From Lama glama (taxonomy: Eukaryota): a stretch of 64,000 nt of DNA. A model generated the notes under the pieces. The model was not told where the DNA came from and searched no databases. It saw nothing but the letters and a program-made list of their open reading frames with translations. Where the stretch lies: assembly GCA_028534125.1 (NCBI GenBank), contig CM052816.1, positions 20,028,001-20,092,000 on the forward strand, in the 5' to 3' direction. Each line of letters opens with the position of its first letter. The first letter of the stretch is position 1. The position numbers and the translations under genes were made by a program. Below are positions 34,308-45,820 of the stretch, in pieces.

Positions 34308-36329
34308 GGTGCGCTCCGCCCGCGGAGGTGCAGGGCGCGGGGGTGTGGGGCGCGGAGCCGGCCCGGGAGGCGGCGAGCCCGGAGCCCGGACCTCCGAGCC
34401 CGGAGCGCGGCAGGCGGAGCGCGGGCTGACTCCGCCTGGGCGGGCTGCGGGCGCGGGGCGCGGGCGCCTGGCTGAGCCGCTCGGGAAGCTGGCGGGTCCG
34501 AACATCAAAGGCGCCGCCGGCGGAGTGCCGGGGGCGGGGTGGGGACGCCGGAGGCGGGCCCGGTCGGTGGGCGGAGCCAAAGCGCTCTGCTCCTCCTCTC
34601 CCGGGAGAGGCAGGGACGCGCCCAATTGGGCACAGTCTTAAAGGGCTCGCTCCCCCTGACGTAACCCGAGTGAGGCGCGGGACGAGCCTAAAAAACATCA
34701 CCCTCCTCTTGAAATGCGAGGATTCTAAACGAGACTCCCGATCCCGCTTCCTCACCTACAACTAGAGTTTTCCGCCCCGCGCCCAGGTTTCTCCTCCGGC
34801 TGTGGAGGGTGCTGGTCTATTACGCCCTTGGGGCTTGGGGGTGGCTTGGAAAGGGGGTCAAGGTGTGAATTGCGTCTGTCCCCGGGGCCCAGTATGTCCT
34901 AGGCTTGGAACTGGGGGCTTCCTAGAGCTTGGGGGCTGCTCGAGGCTGTGCTGGAACACCTGGCCGGCAGAGTTAGAACTCCTCAAAACCCCATTCTCTG
35001 GCGCATTCTTTAGCCCTCTGCCAATTTGGGACCCCCTTCTAGGTCGCCTGCACACAGTCCGAATGGAAGTATATATCCCTCATACATTTATTGAGTGTCT
35101 GTTGCATGCGGGACTCATACATCACACGTCTGTGACGGGCCCCTCAGACATGTGGCTCTGAGGCGCCAACACCGCCAAGACAAGGAAGAAGTATCCTGCT
35201 CCCACCCAATACCGATCCTCTAGCCGCACCCCCCACCCTCCACAACGACTCTCCCAAGTGAATTGCATGCCTGGAACTGCGGCCAGGGGATGCGAGGCTT
35301 TGGGCAGCTACGTGGGCCGCGGGATTCTGACGAGTGGTCGGTGGTCCCAAGCAGCTCAACCTGAAAGTCGCATTCCCGCGGAGCCCACCGCCTCTGAGCC
35401 TGGCGCAGGCGGGCCCTCCAAAGTCTAGGCTGCAGGGTCTAAAGCCCAAGGAGCGCGGGAATGTGCTTCAGCTTTCATCGCATCTACCAGGCACCCTGAG
35501 TCATGTCCACGTGGGCCTCCTCAGCACACTTGAGCTCGGCTCAACCATTCATCTAGGAAAGACACTAGCCCTTTTGGATCGCGGTGCAGTAAACCGCAGT
35601 CCCCAGCGGATTCACGGTAGACGTTCCCATGTCTCCCGAAAGCAACTGGGGCACAGGATACTTAGGAGGGGAGGGCATCTTGGACGCCTCTCCGGCTCAG
35701 AGCCCCAGAGGATTCCTGCAGCGGCTCAAAGCCTGGCCGGAAGAGGGCCGCGCCGCCCCTGCGGGTCCAGGCCCAGCCAGGCTGGCTGCGGATCAAAGAG
35801 CCAGGGCCGCCCTTCTCTGCGTTCAGATCCTATCTCTACCCGCTCAGCGGGGCGCCTCAGTCCCCCACCTCAAGGCTGGAGTGCCCACTTTTCTTCCCTT
35901 CCGGGGGCTGGGGGGGAGGGGGAGCGGGGGTGGGCACTAGTGCTCAGCTTGGCGGATGGTGATGTGGGGAGAACCCTGCCCATTAGGTCTCCCCAGTCTC
36001 CTTTACTGGGTGTGAGCTTGCTGTTTAGTCTCACTCATACCCTCTAGAAGGGGGTAGAGTTGGGTCAGGGAGGAGGGGAGTTGTTATTCAAGCCCAATGT
36101 AGCCCAGTTGGGCGGGAAAGGGTACAGGAGGAGGAGCCCAAGGCCTCCCCCACCTCCTCTGCCCCTGAGGTTGTAGGATCTCGATTTGGTATGAGCCTTC
36201 TCTGGGAAGCTGAATGGGAGTATGAATCTGCCTAACCCAAAGGCTTTGGAGGTCCTCCTGCATTTGAGGGTGAGCCCAGCTTAGCAAGAGCCTACTCCAG
36301 GATAAAGTCCACAGACCCATGAGGTCCCA

Positions 36330-36650
36330 GTGGACATAGACTAGTGGGGATTGAAATTTTCTCCATGGAGAAAGGACAGAAGTGAGGGCAACAGTGAGGT
36401 GGTTTGTTTGTTTTTCTCAATAAGGCTAAATTTTTTTCAGCCTCAAAGTATTAACCTTTAATCAAAGATTATGAACTATCTGCTCTATTGGTGTGAAAAC
36501 AGCTTTTCTTTACTAAAATGATAGTGAGAATTGATTTTTAAAATATCCTTATTTGAAAAACTTAGCCATTCTCAGTTCATTCTCTCCCACCCCCAAATTT
36601 CTTTGGACATTTTATAGGGCTGTGAAATCCCAAATTCTGGGAGCCACTGC
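36330..36650. mobile_element. Old DNA transposon fragment (MER103C-like)
   Basis: AT-rich body ending GTGAAATCCCAAATTCTGGGAGCCACTG; family call from memory. Confidence 0.45.
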
Positions 36651-37169
36651 CCTATGCAGTCACGGCTCCAACTACTTGCCCTGCTGGGTAGAACCAGGGG
36701 AGTGGGTGGGTAAGTAGGGAAAAGAGGGGTGTGAGGTAGGCTAAAGGTAGGGAGAGAGAGGCTGAGTCTCAGACATCCACAGCCACTCTGGAATCAGCCT
36801 GAAGGCCTATGAGGGAGCATCTACCCTGTACTTACTCTGGACTCAGGCTTGGAGAAGGCAGGGTCAGAGGAGGGGACCTGCCCTCCAGGAGGCATTGATT
36901 GCTTGAGAAGCTGAGAAATGATTAGAGCTGAGTTTGTTACTGAATTAATCTTTACAGACCATGGGTGGGCAGGAGGAGCTCAGATACGGGGAGATCAATG
37001 TGGCTGGAGTAGTCAGGCTGGCTTCCTGAAGGAGGCGGACTTCATGTGGGCCTGGAAAGCTGTGTAGGGCTTGGAGAGACAGAGAGGAAAAGTTACTCAG
37101 GCTTGTCCTCAAAAGGCAGATCCAGCTCTGCAGTAGCCCCTTGTCTGGTCAGCACAGATTCCATCATCA

Positions 37170-37410
37170 TTGCCATCATTCACACAGTGACTTCATATTA
37201 CTGAGTGATTACTATGTACCAGGCTTCACATACATTATCTCATTGAATCATCATACTGATCCTATGACATAGGGACTACTGTCCCCTTTTATGAATGAAG
37301 AAACTAAAGCTCAGATAGTTTGAATAAGTTACCCTAAATCTCACCGCTTGGAAGTGAAGGTATTAGAATTGCAAATCCAGGCAGTCTGATTCCTGAGCTA
37401 CCCTCACGAC
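37170..37410 (-). mobile_element. MIR SINE
   Basis: TTACTATGTACCAGGC..ATGAAGAAACTAAAGCTCAGA..AAATCCAGGCAGTCTGATTCC. Confidence 0.7.
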
Positions 37411-37776
37411 CACATTCTTGTGTTCCATTATGATTTCTGAAATTCCAAAGGGTGTCCCTATCTGCTTTGTGGTCTTTGCAGACAAGTGCTGATGAATGAG
37501 CTGTCACTAATAGAGTCCCAACTTTCTAGGTGCCTCATGTTGCATACAGGGGCCACCAGGAGGACTGGGGCAAGTCCCTGGGTGGTCTGTATAGGGTGGC
37601 TCAAAGCCTTCACTGGGTGAGAAGGCCCAGAGCACTGAGTCCGACAGACCTCAGTCTGTGCCATCTCTTTCCCTGCGCCCACCCTAGACTGCCTGCGCTG
37701 GGTGTTGACTCAGATCCCAAACACAGACAATAGATCCTGGGTCTCTTCCAAGGGGTAGTGACTGGAATATTGCTGT

Positions 37777-37794
37777 GGCTGCCCCCTGGAGGTG
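37777..37794 (-). promoter_or_regulatory. CTCF motif
   Basis: Reverse complement CACCTCCAGGGGGCAGCC. Confidence 0.55.
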
Positions 37795-37989
37795 ACCAGG
37801 CAGTTTGGGGACCAGAGGCAGCTTCAGGGAGGCCACAGAATCTTCTAGATTCATGCAGCCCAGGTCAGAGCCGGAAATTTAACAAGGCTTCATCTCCATG
37901 CAGATGAACCAGGCCGACTGCACTGTCCTCAGATGCTGAATGCAGGACAAATGCAGAGCTCTTAAGGGTTGAGGATTGGAACAGGAGAG

Positions 37990-38222
37990 GTCTGGATTTG
38001 GATTTAGACAGATATGGTTTCGGTCCCTACCCTGTCATTTACTAGCTGGGGGACCCCAGACAAATCACTGACCCTCTCTGAGCCTCAGCTTCCTCATGGG
38101 TAAAATGGGTATCACCCCAGAGCCTGCCTTCCACTGTGGGAGCAGGGTTGAGATGATTCATGTATCCTAGGAAAGAGCTTAGCACGGCACCCAGCACAGT
38201 CCAAGTGCTCTAATAAATGGGT
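37990..38222 (+). mobile_element. MIR SINE
   Basis: CCTCTCTGAGCCTCAGCTTCCTCATGGGTAAAATGGG..CTTAGCACGGCACCCAGCACAGT. Confidence 0.7.
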
Positions 38223-41200
38223 TCTCTTGCACTAGATAGTTTTCGGAAGTTGTTAAGCTAATTGGCTCTTCATGTAACATCATGTAAATCATCTAAATAT
38301 TCTTATGCCCTGAGCCCACTTAATCATAACTAAGGCTAAAAACATACATTTCCTTTCCTTTTCTTTCATGTTCCTTTAACATGAAAGGCCTGCATGAACT
38401 CTCTGACCTTTTCTAACAGGGAGACCCTTGAAATGTGGCATTTCCAGAAAATGGCTCAAAGGAGCCCCAGATGGATGTGGTAAAACTACAATGGGGCGAG
38501 GTTCAGAGAGGGTCTCTTCCTGCCCGCCAGCTGCCTGGCATCCTGTTGGGACTTGCCGATCACCGCCTAGCTCCGGGCAGGAACACTTCCCGTGGAACTT
38601 TCTCTCTCAGGGCAAAGCCTGGTCACACATCCTAGAGGCAGACTGTGGTTTGTTACTAGAAACAGTTTGCTCTCTGAAAACTGTGTAGTTTCACTGCGTG
38701 TCTGTGCATGTGTATCTGTGTGCATACTTGTGGGAGGTTGTGGCCTGCAGAACAGCAAAGACACAATTGCTGGGGTGGGACTGCTCTGGCAGCTGCTTTT
38801 GAAATGAAGCAGGAAGGGTTTGGGATCATTTCTTCCTTCTTTATAATATTCTGTGTGTTCTCCCCCCAGCTCCCTAGAATTAAGGCAATAACCAAGAATT
38901 GCTCTTAAAATAGAAATTTAATAATTAAGCTAGATGTTAGCTTTTCTTGATGAAATCCCAAGGAAGTTTGGTCTAATTGGCTTGAGGGGTGGTGTTGGTG
39001 AGATTATAAAGAGAGATGCCTCACAGGTTCAGAGGGTTTGTTATGACAATTTCCCAGGGGCTAATTTCTCACAAGGTGCCAGCCATTGTTCCCAGTGATT
39101 GAGGCTGGGATTCACTCACCAGGAGGAATAAATAGTCCTGGGTTTCCATTAGGAGGGGGTTTGGAGTCAGAAGCCAAGGTGTCAGCAGCAAAGGCAAACT
39201 GGGAATGGATGCTACGTGCCAATCACTGGGCCCCCAGGGCGCACTAGTCTCCCAAGAGTTCAGTAGTAGGAGGCCTGTGTCCTGGTCCCTGTTCCGCGAC
39301 TGGCCTGCTGAGTGAACTGCCTTCTCTGGACCCAGTGCCCCTTACCTAGTTGCAGGGATGCAGTGAGAAGCCCATTGTGATGAGTCCAGAAGGCATCAGA
39401 AATGCAACAGGAAGTGGGGGACACTGAGGCCCAGTATCCATGTGAGAGTCGCCTGCAGGTTCACAGGGGAGTGTGCCCACATTCGCTCCTGTTTGGGGTG
39501 TGGGAACAGCCCCAGACACACTGATGTCCTGATGTCTTACTTGTAGTAAGTACCATTAGATGTCTTCCTTTGAGTCAGGGCTGTCAGGGCTTTGCCACTT
39601 ATCGCTAGGGTCTGACACAGAGCTGGCAAACTGCAGTGCTTAGAAATTTTGGGGTGGATGCCTGACTTGATGGATAGATGGATGGGTGAGTCATTCATAG
39701 CAGTGATCACTTAGAATGTGGGGAGGAAGTAGCAGGCCCAGTACCTGCTTTCAAGAAACTTGCCAACTTGTAGGGGATATCAGGCCACTAGAGTTTCCAG
39801 GAGCCAGGGGTTCAGAAACCTGGCTGTTATGTGCATGTCATGGAAGACAGGGAGGGCTTCCTGGAGGAAGAAGGTCAGCTTAGGAGGCAAGAAGGATTTA
39901 GTAGGCCAGGGCCTTCATCAGGCAGAGCAGTAGCCCACATTCTGTGTTGTGAAGGACTTTGACCCCATAGGGTCTCTGGGGCCTAGGTGAACCAGGATCC
40001 TGGGAGAGAGTTTGGCCATCTATTGATTCCTTCCGAATGGCACATCACCATGCCCCAGTTCCTATAGTCCCCCCAACCCCCACCAACTGGGACAAATCTT
40101 CCCAAGTATTGTCTCCCCAGATACTGGCTCTCCCTGTTTGCTCCCTCTCCTTGGGCAGACTACCTCCTGGGTGCATAATCTACCATTGTGCACTGGGCTT
40201 CAAGGTTTTCCTGGTTCAGTGCCCCATGTAGACTGCCCGCTCTTATTTCTATCAGCTGGAATGTGTGTGTGTGGTGTGTGGGGAGGAGCAACAGGACATG
40301 GTGAGAAGGGAGGACTTAAAGAGGACCTGTGCCGGAGGACCTGTAGTCACAGTCAGTCCAATGTATACCACCAGTAAAGACTCTGAGAAGTCCTGTACCA
40401 GAGAAACCTTGTCTAGCTTTCTTCGGTTAAGTGCCTCCCAAACTTATTTGACTATAAAACTATTTTTCCATGTATGATTTTCCAAAGAACATGGCTCCTC
40501 TGAAAGCCTTTGGGGAATGCTGGTATCCCTGGTTTCAGGAGGCAGGGAGGGGTACTCCTTACTCAAAATATATCCCAATGTTTGACCCTGATATGGAGGA
40601 AATTAATGGTAGTTGAACCCCAAACTGGTCTTCATAGCTCTAACCAGACTTCACTCTAGCACTACTGGACTCTCAGCTTCTTGGGATCACAGTACCTTCA
40701 CCTGTGTTCCTGCTGAGTGCTAACATGAACCAAGCATACTGTGGTGCTTAGTAAATGCCTGCTGCTGATGGGTTGGAGCTGTTGTGTGAAGGTCCAATCC
40801 AATTCAGCCCCTCAAACTCCCAGGGGCTACTCCCATTGTTTCGTTAGCTGGGAATTCTGCAGTGTCTGAAATGCCTTGTTTTTTTCCAAGGCTCATCTCT
40901 GGTCTCTCCCTTATCCAGGAAGCCTTCTCACCTACTCCAGTCCAAAGAGACCTCTCTCCCTTCCAGACTCCCATTGCCTTTAGAATTAAAGCCCTCAGTT
41001 TCTCCTGAACTGTTCAGTCTCTTTCTTGTGAGTGAGTCTTCTGTGTCCTGACTGCTGTCTTTGTCGTCTGAGAGTCAAGGGGTGGGCTTAGAGCTCACAG
41101 CCTGTGTGTGAACTGGGGCTTCTCCACTTACTCGTTGTGGGTGGGACCTTGGGTGAATCACCTCCTTCTTGGAGCCTTCGGTTCTTCATCTGTTAAGTGG

Positions 41201-43099
41201 GAGCAATAGTAAAAAATATATTGTCTCAAGATCTGGGAAGAAGAGATGAATTTCTGCTTGTAAAGTACTTCACACAATGTCTAGTTGGGTAAGTTCTTGC
41301 TAAGTGGCAGCCAGTGTCAATTATTATTGTTCCCAGCCAGCAGGGCTGAGCTTAGGACCAGCCCTTTGAAGTGCTTAGCAGAGGCTGTCCTTGCAATCCT
41401 GCAGTCCTGCTAGTCATGGGTGGAGAGCGGGGGCCAGGGTGGGGAAGGCACCAGGAATCCTGCCTTCTGAGGCCACCGAGTGTTCAGCCTGAGTGGAGAC
41501 TCCTCCTGCCAAGAGATGGCCATCTCCAGATGTCTGCAGGCCGGAGGGAGCCAGCTGGCCTGTGGGGCCTCAGGGCAGAGAGAGGACTAATGGGAGGAAA
41601 TTACACAGAGAGATTTCATCTCAGCTTGAGGAAGCACGTCTACTAGGCAGAACTGGCCAACCGTGGCCCGGCCGGGCCCCTGACAGAGGCAGTGAGCTCC
41701 CTGTCACCAGAGGTGTGCGAACAGAGGCTGAGGGCTTCCAAGGGAGGGAAGCCTCTGAGGGGGTTTCTACCCTTGAGGCTCCTCCGAGGCTGTGGGCAGT
41801 CCCTTGTACTTCCTGAGTGGGTCTGGCCCTCACGTGGCCCATTGAGCCCACTAGGTGTCTGAGCAACACCGGCTCTGTGTGGAGTGTGAGGGCAAAGGCT
41901 TGAACACTTCCGGCTCCAAACTGGGGCCGGAATTTGGGAGGGGAGAGGGCGTTGCTGTAAGAGGCTGATCTCAGGGGGGTTAGTAACCACAACGTCACCT
42001 TTCTGAGGTGGCAGCTTGGTTAGAGGGCTGACATCATATACCCTAGCCTGTTCCGCGCCCAGACGCCCCTCTCAGGCCTGCCGGGGCCAAGGAGGACAGA
42101 GACTGATGGTGGGAGGGGGCTTGTTCTTAAATCAGCCTCCTCTCACTTCAACTTCTAAAACCAGGGGCTGGGAGGAAACAGATGGGAAGAAGCAGGAGAG
42201 GAAAGAGCCTGGGTTACAATATTGGCCATTTGGTAGCTCTGTGACTTTGGACAAGTCACCTAACCTCTCTGCTTCAGTAAGTACCATGTAAGTATTTGCT
42301 AAATAGACAAAAATTAATTGATAAACTCGCCTATGCCTAGTCTACCCTGCAGGGGCTTTACATTAATCTCCTTGTTTGGTCTCCACAACAGCGTAATTAG
42401 ATTGAAACTCCTATTATTAGGGAAAGTGAATCCCAGCAGTCAATTCCCTGCCCAAGGTCACACAGCTGGTGAGAGGTAGAGTGAAAGCTTAAACTCAGGA
42501 TGGTCTGGCTCTCAATCACTCATTTCTGCTGCCCCACAGGTTTGCATCCTCTCTAGGGAAACAAAGCACCCAAGTGCAGGGTAACAACGGATTGATGGCG
42601 GAAAGGGGTCAGAGATGTCCCCCACATCTGCCTTGCTCAGGCTGGAAACCCCTTCTCGTGGCTGCTGCCCGGGAGAGATCTCTCTGACTAATTTGTGGAA
42701 ACATTGCTGGGTGACTCCGATTACAAATTATAGCCCTGCTTCTTCCAGCTGAGTAATCTCCATGGTGGGGGGCAGGGGGCGGTCCTGGAAGTATCGGGGG
42801 TTCTAGGATGGCTGAGTTTGCCTTGATGGTGACACAGCTGAGGGAGATAAGCCACCCAGACAACCTCCAGGGGCAAAGGACAGGAGCTGGGAGGCCTGGG
42901 TTCCCTACACAGTCTCCCTGGGTGGCGCGGAATCCCAAATGTGGGCTTAGGGTGTCCTGCTCACTCTCATTTTTCCTTCTGTCCCAGCTGGACTCTTCTC
43001 TCTTGCTCATGACTGTGTGTCCTGGGCTGAGCCAGGGTGGGCAGGGAGCAGATGTCCAAGAAATATGTGTTGGATTCCAGAATGTCTCCAGACACTACA

Positions 43100-43285
43100 C
43101 TTGACTGTTTACAAAACTCTTTCCCCACTGTTATCTCATCGGATCCTCACAACAGCCCTGAGAGGTAGATCTTTTAACCCCATTTTACAGATGAGGAAAC
43201 TGCGGCTCAGAGAGAGGAAGTGACTTGCCCAAGGTCACGCAGCTCAAACCCGGGTCTCGGGGCTCCAAATTAACTGTAGCTCTGC
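43100..43285 (-). mobile_element. MIR SINE
   Basis: CCCATTTTACAGATGAGGAAACTGCGGCTCAGAGAG..TGACTTGCCCAAGGTCACGCAGC. Confidence 0.8.
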
Positions 43286-45801
43286 AGCCAGCAGAGATGT
43301 CTCTCCTGTCATTGTGTGAGGCAGTGAGGGGACAGAAGGAACCCATTGTTGGTGGAGGTCTCCAATGGCCTCCTTCAGCACAGAAGTACTTCTCAGAAAC
43401 GGTCAAGGGAAATGGTCTTATCATCAACCGGGCCACAGAGTCACAGCCTCCATGGCTTCTCACTGGGGCGCAGGGGCTCAGGGATGCTGAGTTCTTTCCC
43501 AGCCTCTCATGGGTGTCAGTTAGTCCAAGCTCTCAGGAGCTCTCTGCCACGGAGGTGAATACAAGTCATTGTCCTAAAGGTGGGACATCAGAACTGTGCC
43601 TCATTTTGGGGCAACAGCACTCTGTTCCCTGGAAACAGAGCACCAGAGAACTGTCTGAGATCCCCCCTTCTCATGCCTCTAGCCTCTGGAGCTGTCCTGG
43701 AGCGAGGGGCAGCGGCTCACTTTCTGGAGCCGGCCTCCATTCTGCAGCGGTGAAAGTGCATCTCTTCACCTCTGGGTCACTGGTGGGCCTCTGCTGACAG
43801 CTGCGGTTTTCCTTGTCAGCTCTGCTGTTTTACTTTTTGTTCACTGCTCTATTATTACTGACATCTTAAAGGGTTTCCCCTTCTGGTCAAGCTTTGTCTT
43901 GTTTTTATAGTTTCAGAACTTCTCTCCTCTTCTGTCTGCTCCCGGCTGTGGTTTTGGAAGATGCTGAAGCAGGAGGTAGTTGAGGGGCAGTTTGAAAGCA
44001 ACTTCCCCCTGTGTCCCTCACCCTCCTGTCCCTGCCCCCAGCAGACCTGAGGGGCCCCCAGGGTGGATCCAGCTCTGAGGGCAACACTTGAGGGAGAACA
44101 TGCCCCTTTGAACTGGGAATTCTTTTTCTTGTTCTAAGTGGGGCTTTGGTGCCTCTAGCCCTGCATATACAAGGCCCTTGGCTGCCATGACCCACCCCCT
44201 CCCCTTCCCTCCAACATTCTCCCCATCTCAGGGCTGCTCCCACTGCTGGGGGAAGCTTCTAGTACAACTGAGCCCACTAACCATAAACAATCATCACTTC
44301 TTGGGGCCGGTAGTGCCCTGGGAAGATGGGGACATGGCAGATCTTGACAAGATGGGGGATAGAAAAAGGTTTTTGTGGGGCCCCTCTGCCCATCCTGATT
44401 CATTGTGGGACTAGGTTTAGGCTGAAAACTCCCCTTCTGAAATTCACAGCCCCTCTGGCTTGGGCGAGGGTTTCTGCGCTATGCTAGGCCATAGCCACCA
44501 GCCATTTGCAGTGGATTCCTGGACTTAGGTGGGGGGCTAGGGTGGCCCTATCCATTCTGACAGTTGGTTTTTGGGAGGGCAGGACTGCAGAGCTGAGAAC
44601 CACCAGGCTCTCAGAGATTAGCTTGAATTCCTACCTCTACCCTGGAGCCAGAGAAATGCTCCCAGCCTCCTCCTCAGCCCTGCACCCAGGATCCCAAACT
44701 AGGAAGGATAGAAGTTGCAATCCTTTTTGCCCCCGCTCTCCCTCCAAAATAGTAGGGGTAGGACCTGGCTGGTTCCCAAACTACTTGTGCTTTTGTAGCT
44801 GAGCTCTAACTTTTTGTTTTATGTTCGAAGACAAGATTCAGATCTGCAGGGGGAAAGCGCTTAAAACCCCTTTGGTTGCTGGCACTTGTACCTGAGACAG
44901 ACCCGCAGCACGCCTGCACCCCAGAGTGGGAAATGCTGTCTTGGTCTTTCCTGTACACCCACAGAAATTCCTGAAGTTGCCCAGAGCACCAGCTCACAGG
45001 CTAGTCAGGGGTCTATGATGCCAGCACAGGGAGGACTGGGCCTGTCTTGTTCACTGCTAGTGCCACAGACCCCAGAGAATGGGGGGCATCAGTGGGCAGT
45101 TAGAATTCCACTGTGTGGACAACGGCCTGGTGTAATTCCATGCCCTGGGCAGCAGAGTCTAGTTGTGCGGGCCTCAGGGGAAGAGCAGTGAGGATCAGAG
45201 TGGTTAGGGAGGAGCCCTGGAGGAGGAACCCCAGAGCTGCACTGAAGGGCAAGTGACGGGGGAAAAAGGGAGGGGGGCCTCTGGAGCAGAGGTTGAGAGG
45301 TGATCCTCCCCCTCCTACCTTCCCTGGACCAGCCCCAAGCACTGAGGAAAGCCAGACTGCTAGAGCTCAGAGAGACCCATGAGATGGCCAGGACCCCCAA
45401 ACATGCAGACAGGGGAAACTGAGGCCCAGAGGGGCAGGTCTTAGGCCACTGGAGCCCCTTCCTCTACTCCATAGCCCAAAGAATTTAGGAGCCTCCTGCC
45501 CCAAGCTCAGGAAATCTTGAATCGTGCAGCAAGAGAAAAACAAAAATCCAAAGCACCCATTTAGTGTATGAGTATGAGTTGCTTTTGTAATAAAAAATAA
45601 ACCATTTAATGTTATTTTTTTTTAAATGCAGGAGGAAATAAACACTTTGGGGGTAGGGTGAGGCTTGAGAGCTTGCTGCATTACAAGAACTGCACTCACT
45701 CACTGCCCTGACCCAGGGTGACCAGGCAGCTAGTCCAACAGCCTCCTTCCGCTCGCTCCAGGGGAGGCGGGATCCCGCTGGGGAGCAGCTGAGCCTGTGC
45801 A

Positions 45802-45820
45802 TAGCACCCCCTGGTGGCTG
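45802..45820 (-). promoter_or_regulatory. CTCF motif
   Basis: Reverse complement CAGCCACCAGGGGGTGCTA, near-consensus. Confidence 0.65.

Larger units (their letters stand above)
2730..34610 (-). other. TCF7: TCF7 gene span (transcription factor 7 / TCF-1); ends approximate
   Basis: Spliced exons give [10 protein letters not shown]...[10 protein letters not shown] (beta-catenin-binding domain), HMG box [19 protein letters not shown]...WSARDNY, basic tail GKKKRRSREK and C-clamp KKCRARFG...WCGPCRRKKKC. Without the cassette exon this is 388 aa with the GGKRN tail or 536 aa with the E tail. TSS and cleavage site are estimates. Confidence 0.98.
33600..34800. promoter_or_regulatory. CpG island / TCF7 main promoter over exons 1-2
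   Basis: Very high GC and CpG density; GC boxes (GGGCGG), TTTAAGA TATA-like element on the minus strand ~34637-34643, TGACGTAA CRE-like site 34658-34665; CpG-rich shoulder to ~35950. Confidence 0.9.

Noticed and set aside
34003..36047. Long ORFs 34003-34641(+), 34222-34755(-) and 35334-36047(+)
   Set aside because: Stop-poor GC-rich CpG island, low-complexity translations and no recognisable domain; by-products of the TCF7 promoter and exon 1
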